The notes beneath the pieces were generated by a model, which was given only the letters and a program-made list of their open reading frames with translations, was not told the origin of the DNA and ran no database searches. Shown here piece after piece: positions 25,458-34,400 of a DNA stretch of 64,000 nucleotides. The number at the start of each line of letters is the position of its first letter. Positions within the stretch are counted from its first letter, which is position 1. The translations under genes were made by a program, and so were the position numbers. This stretch comes from an uncultured virus (IMG/VR IMGVR_UViG_3300032299_001001) (lineage: Duplodnaviria; Heunggongvirae; Uroviricota; Caudoviricetes): IMG/VR virus record IMGVR_UViG_3300032299_001001, positions 1-64,000 of that record; one strand, written 5' to 3'.

Positions 25458-28400
25458 CGATCGGCAAGGATTTCGCGGGGCACGGCCGAGCGGCGGGCTT
25501 GGTTGTAGGCGGAGACGCGGTCGTTTTTACCGCGGGACCGAACCAAGTCTATGCTCTGCTTGCTCGCGTCGTAGGGTTTGTATATTCCGGTGGTCACCAT
25601 TTTGATGGTGTCGCCGCCGAGACCTCCGTCACGGAGGATCGCTTTGGCCCGCTGCACAGACACCCCGAGACGGATCGCGGCGAGGTAGTCCCTGCGAATT
25701 GAGTCGATCAGGCTGCGCCGGGCGGCGTTGGACCGAGCATAGCCGTCGATCACGTCGCCGGCCGAGCGGGTGCCTTGGGCGGTGAACTCGCGGTTGAAGA
25801 GGGCCGAGGCATCGCGCATCTCGCGCATGAAGCGGGAAGATTTGAACTGGAGTGCCTGCTGCGCGTCGACCGAGGAGACACGCTGGCCGAGTGCGACACT
25901 GGAAAGCTCGTTGATGAGGTTGTAGGAACGTCCGGTCTCGCTCTCGATACCGAAGGCGGCTTTACCGATACGCTCGGCGCTGTTCACGGTGCCGGGGACG
26001 AAAGGATCGTAGAAGATCTTGCGGGCTACATTGAGACCGATGTTCGCTCCGGTGTCCTGCGGGTTGTAGACCTGACGGCCGGCCGCATCACGGTTCCGCA
26101 TCACGTCCATGATCGCTCCGGCGAAGATTTGCTCGCTGGTAAAGGGATCAATGGCTTGGCGCACCATGTCCATCGTGCCCTTGAGTAAGATCTCGTCTGC
26201 ACTGCCGGGACTGCGTATTGAACGCATGAATGCGGTCAAAGGCTTTTTGAAATACTCGTAGGGGTCCAAGAAGCTGACATCGAGAAAGTCGATCTCGCCG
26301 TTTGCTTTGCGGAAGAGGACAAGCTGACTGTTCTTCTGCCAGTCGGGCAGGAAGCGGCGGAGGTCTTCTTCGTCTTCTCCGGAAATGCCCGCCATCGCCA
26401 TAGCGGCGGAGCCGACGGCAAACGGGAGGAAGGCGGCAATAGTCATGCCGCGGACCCGCTTCCAGCCGATTGCTTCGAGTTCTTTGTTGCCCGTGGCTCG
26501 GCCTTCTGTGATCTCCTGGCGGGCCAGCTTTTGCAGATTGTAAGTGGTGCGGATGACTTCGCTCGTGAAGGTCACGAACGGGGCAACGAAGGGGAACTTC
26601 TTGAGATCCTGCACAATGGCCGGGGCCAGTGAGTAGGTCCAGTGGATGTCCCGGGCGATGACTGCGGCTTTCTCCTTGATCTTGTTGTCGTCCCAGTCAG
26701 GAAAGGCTCTCCGGTATTTATCCTGCTCGGCCTCGTAGATCATCACTTTGAACCAGTCGTCACCGGCCGAGTAGGTCTTGACCGCGAAGTCGGCCACCCG
26801 CTTGAAGGGATCTCCGACTTTATTCCAAACGAAGTCCCCGAAGTCAGGGCTCCCGGCGCGGCGGCTGGCCGTGAGGAGATCTTCAAGGAGTCCGGTGGTG
26901 ATCGACTCGCCGACGATACCGCGGCGGATATAGTCGTCGATTTTCACCCGCCACTCGGCGCGGCTCATGTTGCGATATTTCCCGAAGGTGCTGGCCAGCA
27001 CAGTGTCGGTAGAGTTGGCGAACCGTCGCTTAAAGTCGCCGCTGGTAATATCGTCCAACCCCAAGTTCCCGCCTGCGATTAGTGGCATGTAGTTACCGAA
27101 GAAGTTCCGGACCTGGGACGCCACCGATCCGACCGTCTTGGTCGCCATCGAGATGCCGGTCAGCTTCATCAAAGCACGCAGCCAAGCGTAGTGCTCCTCG
27201 GTCGAGCCAACCGGGAACATCTTGAAGAGCCCCTCGGCCAGATCCGGATGCACATACATCCCACCAAGAGGTCTCAGTGAAGGATTCTTCTCGGTTGAAA
27301 TACGGACGTAGCCGGGCGGGTGACGGGTATCGTCGGGGTTGTTCTCACGACTCCAAAGCCAGCCCTCTTGGATACCGAGGTCCCGCAGTTCCTTGAGGAA
27401 GTTATCGTTGGCGATGACGCTGGAGAGCTTCATTACCGTCTTGGCATAGTTGACGCTCGGATCTTCGTAGCGACCCCAAAGGGCTTGGATCTCCGGCGCG
27501 ATGTTGCCGCGCTGGTTGAACATGCTGAGATTCTTCTGCCCGGGGATGCGGCCGGAGAGCACCTCGATCGTCGGGGCCTCTGCGCCGATCGCGAGATAGC
27601 CTTCGAGGAGGTTCTCGACCTCGTCGTCGATCACTGAATCGTTGGCGAGTGCTTCGGCGTCGATACGGGAAAGTGTGCGGCCTTCGTCGGCAGCATCAGC
27701 GATCAGGTCTTGGGCTTTCGCTTTAGCCAAGCTGTTGCGGATATACTTACGGGCCGCGTCCATGACCTTGGCATCTTTTCGCACACGGTCAGTCCACTGC
27801 GGATCATCGAAGATCGCATAGCTACGGTTAAGGTAGGTGCCGAGCGCCTCATCAACTGTGATCGCCAAGTCGCCATTGACCAAACCCTCGTTAGGCAACT
27901 GCCGTGAAAGCGACTCGATGTGTGAGGACATCTCGCGGATCGTCGCAGCCAGTTCTTCCGGCAACTGGGCCAGGGCTTGCGTCTGTTTGTTCTGCTTAAA
28001 GTTGCGGCGGTTGTCGCGGATGTATTGGTCGCGCTTCTTGGCGGCTTGATTGGTCAACCCGCGAGCCCGCAAATCTTCAATTTCGCCGATCTGCTGCTCG
28101 GTGAGCGGGTTGTCCAAGTTACCGAGCGCCGTGTTGATCGTCTCCAGGGGCGGTGTCTCACCTTTGTAGAAATTTTTAATCTGCCGCTCCAACACCCGGG
28201 AGAGGTCTTGGATCTTCGACACATCGACTTTGATCGCCATCCGGCTTGAGCGGTAGAGATCGCCGGCCCGCTTATCGAGAAGCTCGTCGACGGCAAACAT
28301 ACCACCGCGGCTGATTGTGCCTCCCGTCGGCGTGCGGCGGGTCACCGGACGCCAGACTCGCCCGCGGGCTCGGGATTCGTTCGGTTGGTCCACCGCGCCA

Positions 28401-31400
28401 CTAGCTGCGTTCGACTGTATGGAAATTTGAACGTCGAAGGGGACCACGACTTTCTTTTTCCCGATCTTGACGGTCTTTACGTTTCCTGGAACGACATCCC
28501 AAACACGTTGAACCTCACCATTACGAACGCGCACCCAGGATCCATCGTCCTGTTTCGTGAACTTTAACTCATCGCGGAAGTAGCTGTTGATTTCGGGGAT
28601 CGTTGAATCTCTTCCCTTAATGTAGGGTTGCGAGGTGACGATTCGTGGGAAGGGCTCCCCAAGATCGACAAGTCCCTCAAGGCGAATGTCGATGTTGAAA
28701 AGTTTTTTGTGGGCATTGAGATTCGTGAGGTAGTCAAAAACATTGATCGACTGACCGACCACCCCGCTCCCGGTCACATCCGGATTGGTGTATTTGATGA
28801 CACGGTTGGTCGGCTTGTCCGAGTGGACTTGGTGCTCGGAACCGTCGCCGATCTTCTTACGGCCATTAATGACCGTGTTCTCAAAACTCTCAGGATCAAG
28901 GATGAGCCCTTGCTCTTCGAGGACGTTGATGAGTTCCTCGAACGCAGCCGCGCCTTGGGCACGACGGCGCTGTTCTAATCGTTGATCGGCTTGCCCGCCA
29001 GTGTCGGCACGAAACCGGAAGCTCTCGCCTGCGCCGAGATCTCGGCCTCGGTTGGCGGATTCTTGGAGGCGTAGTAAAGCCCTTCCGATGTTCCCTTCAG
29101 GGCTTCCCGTTCGCGGTCGTCCTCGAAGGTTTCCTTCGGCATCTTGGTAGATGAGATTCGGGCTTTCACCGACGGCGCGGCTTTCGTTGAGGTCTTCATT
29201 TGGTAGAGTCAGTCCTGCTTCGGCTGCGAGTTCGGAAAGCCGGGTAGCTCGAACGCTGTCGGGCCGTCCAGTGTCGCGTCCCGCCAACCGGCTTCTTGCA
29301 ATAGCCGATCCCACTGTTCGAGCGTAAGCGGCTCGCCCGGCTTCACGGGAATCTTCGTTGCCGAGGAAGTTGCCGGTTCCTTTGTAATATTTTGTTTCAT
29401 AGTTATTACTTGAGACTAACTCTCTGACGGGCAAAAAGAGCGAGCCGTTCTTATCAAAAATTAAGACACGAGTCCCTCCGTTTTGTTCAATCAAAGTCCG
29501 GAATTGGATCCCGGCTGTCTCTAAAATACCACGGGATTGGTCTGCCGTCTGATTTGGGATAAAGACATCATAAAGTCTAGAAGTGCCTTCTGAGTCTCTC
29601 AGGAATGGAATTACTTGCTTCTGGTTTCTCAGTGCCCCCTTGAGCGCGGCCATTACCTCTACGTCCTCATACGTCAGTCCCGGAGCATAGTGCTCGGTTA
29701 CCGTCGTGGGCTCCGCGCCGTCTGCCCAATCTCCGATAGCGTCACTGACTCGGCTTTGATCTAGCCCGAAAACCGTATGAATCCTACTGGCAAACGCCCT
29801 GAGTTGCTCTTGCTGCGTTCCAGTCAACGCCGCCCGGGCCTGTGCAAATGTCAGATTCTCCCGTTCATTAGGGGAGACAAACTCCATCGCCACCGCCCGA
29901 CTCTCCGTCACAGTGTCCGCAGCCAAGGCACCCCGCCAATCCATGAACTCCTCGGGGAGAAGGGCCACCTTCTGCGTGGCAAAAGGACGCTCGGAAGCAG
30001 GAACCTTGATCCGTGTTCCGTCAGCCGCGTAGTTGTGAGCCCCATAATTGACCCAGGAATTCTGCCCCCGGGTCTCGGTGGTCAGCGCCCTCTGGGCCAG
30101 CGGGGTGAACATCTGGCTGTGCTTGATCCAGGCGTTCTCCTCGCCGCGGGCTCCGAACTGGTAGTCCTCGGCTGCGTGACCGAAGAGATCGTGGATCGCA
30201 CGCAGCTTGTCATTCATCGTCAGCCCGTCGGCATCGGGCTGGTTGAGGAGCGGGTGCGGTTCACCGCCCGTGAAAAACCACAAGTGTTTGTTATCCCGGA
30301 CATCGCGCACCATCTCCCGGGAATTGGCGTAGGGTTGCCCCTCGGTTGTCCACGGCTCGAAGGTGACTCCCATCGTATTGATGGCATAGTCCCACTGCTG
30401 CTGGATCTCGAAGCCCAGTTGCCGGTAGGCGTCCTGGGTCTCCCGACCTTCATCGAGGACCGGGAGTGCGTCATAAGCCGCAGCGATGCTGCGAGCCCGT
30501 TGTTCGTCGACTGGGGCGTAGTGCCCGCGGACTACTTCGCCGAGCCCGTAACGGGCATTGTAGGCACTGACTCCTTCTTGGACGAAGGGGTTTGGCTCGG
30601 CGTTGGGCCGAACTGTTTGCCTTTGAACTTGGTCGCCTCCACTTGCGGATCCCATCCCTGGGGTGGTCGCTTGTAGGGCAGGTTGGTTTCTTCTGTCATT
30701 GGTTGCTCCTTGGTTAGACAAAGCCTCGCGGCTTTCGTTAGAAATTGCTCTCGATTCTTGGGGGGTCTGGATGGTGACCGGCTCTACAAAATCCCGAAGA
30801 TCAGGGATTTCCCACCACCTGACTTGCCGCTGCGGGATAAAGGCGGCGTCCCGCATCTGCGGTGTCAGATCACCCGCCCGCATCCCCGTGGGGAAGATGT
30901 GCACTGGAACCGGGACGGTTCCGTAAACTTCCCGCACGGCATCGATTCTGGACCGACCTTCATGGTCTTTAATTTTCCAGACACCAGCCGTGTCATCCCA
31001 AGTTGCACTGAGGAACGGAGGACCGAGCTTCTCGCCGCGGCTGAGTGCGCCAACAACAAAATCTTTAGTCTCGGTATCGGAAACACCGCCAGGAACGAGA
31101 CGGCGGAACTCGTCCGGTGTCATGTATTTCACGAACCCGAAGTAATTGATGTCAATTTGGTTCGGAACCTGACCGATCCCTTCACGCGAATCAAAAATGT
31201 TTTCGATAGGTGAAGGACTAACCGCCCGACTCATCGTCACCGGATCAGCCAGCGTATCGACATCGGCGTCCGCTTCCTCGACCGTCGCCTCTGCACCCCG
31301 TTCCATGTTCCGTGCAGCCATGAACTCTTGCAGCAAGGCTTCACGTTCCGCGGTCGTGCCGGTCAATCCCCGGGCGATGATCTGGTCTTCAATAAAATTG

Positions 31401-34400
31401 GTTGCTTGGTCGAGGGCGGCGAGATCCTGGGCCAAGGGGTTCGCTCCGATCGGAGGTTTGGCATAGCCCTCGGTCGTGCCTTCGAGAGCACCGAAGGTCG
31501 CGGCCCACGCATCTTGGAAAGCGTTGGCCAGCGGGCTCGTCTCCGCGGTCTTCTTGCCAGAGTTGAGATCGACGATGTCGCCCCAAGCCTCGGCCACGGG
31601 TCCGGACAGCGAGGTCTTCTTGCCTTTGGTCTTGGCTTTACCGAGCCCGAGTTGCAGGGCGAGCTTGAGAAATTCCGGACTCTCCATGAGACCGCGTGCG
31701 GTCTCCTCGGCATTGACCAGATAGGCAAAGCGGCGATCGGCATCGGCTCCGACCACGTTCGGGTTGGAGAGGTCATCGACCTGACGGCTCAACTGCGCCA
31801 GTGTTGTGGGGTTATTACCCGCGGGGACTTCGAGACCGTTGGTCCGGGCGACAGCCTTGAGCATTCGCACACGGAAGGCTTCGATTCCTTTGATCGCGGC
31901 CTTCTCGACGGTGTTGAGTTTTTCCAGTCTGGCGAACTTTGTTTTGGAGAACACATGGGCGATCTCGTGCAACATGGTCAGCCCGATGTCATCGGCCTCA
32001 TGCCAGTTATCGAGGTTGAGCACGACCGAGTAGCGGCCGACTGGCGAAGTCGCGTTCTCGTCGACTCCGAGCACACCGGCCCAAGAGGTCCGCGTCTGTC
32101 CGGTCACAAGATCGAACGCCCGTGCCCGGGCTTCTTTGCCGGCTTGTTTGCGGGTGCGCCCCGACTCACCGCCGAAAGCATACGTCTCCACGCCACCCGG
32201 AGTGGTCACCTCGAAGACACCCTCACCTTCCTCGCCTTGAACTTCCTGCACCCGAGCCCGCACTTCTTCACCGCGCAAAGGCTGGGTCGCGAAGTTGCGG
32301 CGGAAGATACCGACCTGCATCGCGATGTCATCAATGTTGAGACCGAACCGCTGACCCTGGCTCAAGACGACCTTGGCAATCATCCGCATGAACGCCGGTC
32401 GGTCGCCATCTTGCGCCATGAACTCAAGCGCGGCCTTCGGACCTTCGAAGATCCGGCTACGCACGGCCTCTTGGGCATTGCGGCGGATCGCATCGATCCG
32501 CTCACGGTTGGCCATGTAACTGGAAAATTCCTCTTGGTATCCGGCGACGAGTTCTTCAACTGATCGACCCATCAGGTCGGCCATGTTCGCCTCGGTCGCG
32601 GCGACAACGCGGCGTCCCTTGGTCGCGGCGAGAGCGTCGAGGGTGGTCGAGACTGCTTGGTAGATCTTCTCGACGACTGCCTCAGAGAGGCCGGCGACTA
32701 GACTGCGGTCGCCGATGAAGGAGCCGACGAAGGCTCGCCTCGCGGTGCTGGCGTTCCGTTGGTCAGGAGTTCCTCCCAGGCCAAGTCCTCCACCAGATCC
32801 AGCGGGTCCAGCCGGAACAGTTCCGGTTTGGCCATCATCAGTTCGGCCCACACGGTTACGTCCCCGTTGAGTGCCCGCTCGATTACGTCCTCGCCCACGG
32901 CTTTCTGTAGGCCCTCCGGCAGCGACCGGTTGCGCTCCAGTAGTCCGCCCACGAAGATCGTTAGCATTTGCGGGTTGTCCCGAAAGTATTTCTGAACCTT
33001 GTTGGGTTCCTTGGTTGATTTGGTCATAGGTTTTATTCCCTTGGAGATACTCTAGCAGTTCTTCGACACGTTGCTGGTCGCTTTCGCTCAATTCTTCTCC
33101 GCGGAGATGGTCTTTAAGAAGGTCGTCATCCTCTTCACTCAGGCGAGAACGGCGCTCCCGAGCATCCATCGCGGCATCGCTGGTCCGCTCGGCAAACCTC
33201 TCAGCCGGAGTCTGTTGGGGCCGCGCATCTCCGGTCGTCCCCGCGGCGAGATCGGCTTCTGCCGCCCGCTGGTTACGTCCGGTCCGGACCGCCGATTTCT
33301 TGGCGCTCTGCGCCTTGGTCATCGCCGTCTTGATCGGGCTGAAATCTCCGTAGCTCTGCCAACGCTTCACGATCGGCTCGACCGCGGCCGATGCCTGTGC
33401 TGCGGTTTGCCCCGAGGCCACGAGTTCCTCGGTGATCTGACGCGCTGCTTCCTGCACATCGCGACCGGTATCGGCTCCCGTCTCGTTCTCCTGATTGCTC
33501 TCGAAGATATCGAGCATCCGGCTGTTGAACTTTTTGAAGAGCGCGAGATCGCGCACCGGAGGCACACCCTTCTTATCGCGGCCGGCCACCTGTTCGATGA
33601 TCGAGGCATCGGCTTCGTCGGAAGCCATCGCTTTGGCCTCGGGATCGAGGTCGCTGCGACGATCAATGAACCGTGCAGCCCGTGCCCGTGCATCGCCGAC
33701 AAAGAACTGGTCGGCCTCGTCGAGGCTTTCCAGCTTTGACTGCACCGAACCAACGGTTTTGCCCGCGCTCTCTTTCTGTGTCTGCTTGCCCTTGCGAGCC
33801 CGCTCACTGCGAAGTAAACGCTCGGGTGAGTTGAAATAGATATTGTCAAAACCTCCCGGGCCGGTGTTCTCCCCGTTCACCGAAAAGTCATAGGCGGCAT
33901 CTCCGCGGCGATAGGTGTTGCCGTTGTAGACGACCTTAGTCACGACGTTGGCGGTCTGACCGTTCTTCATCGTGCGCGGCTCCACTTGCACACCTTCGGG
34001 AAGATTCTGAAGCTGGTCATCCGGCACCGGGACATCGAGTCCGAGGTTCATCTGACGCACCGTGGTGAAGAGGTTCTTCATCCACTTGCCGAAGTTTACG
34101 ACTTCTTTGACCCCGGGCTCACCTTCCTTGTCGAAGTAGCGCACCTCGCCCGGCACCTTGTTCGTCTTGCCGGGGTTGGCGTAGAGACCATCGTCGAAGA
34201 ACGCCTCTTGCGGCTGACCTTCTTGGTAAGGTGTCCCAAAGACGCGCTCGGCTTTCGCCTTGGTCGGCTTCGGTCCGAGCACCGAATTAACGGCAACATC
34301 GACCGGTGACTGCTTCGGCGTGGGCTGCTTGAACATCCCGAGCCGGTTGTATTGCTGCGGGGTAAAGACGAGCTTCTCTTGGTTGCCCTCGGCATCCGGC

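Noticed and set aside
31363..31818. Nested gene downstream of the GTAATAAC copy at 31811
   Set aside because: The following ORF (31363-31776) has P/R/S-rich shadow-like composition and overlies a well-formed part of the main frame; this copy may be chance.
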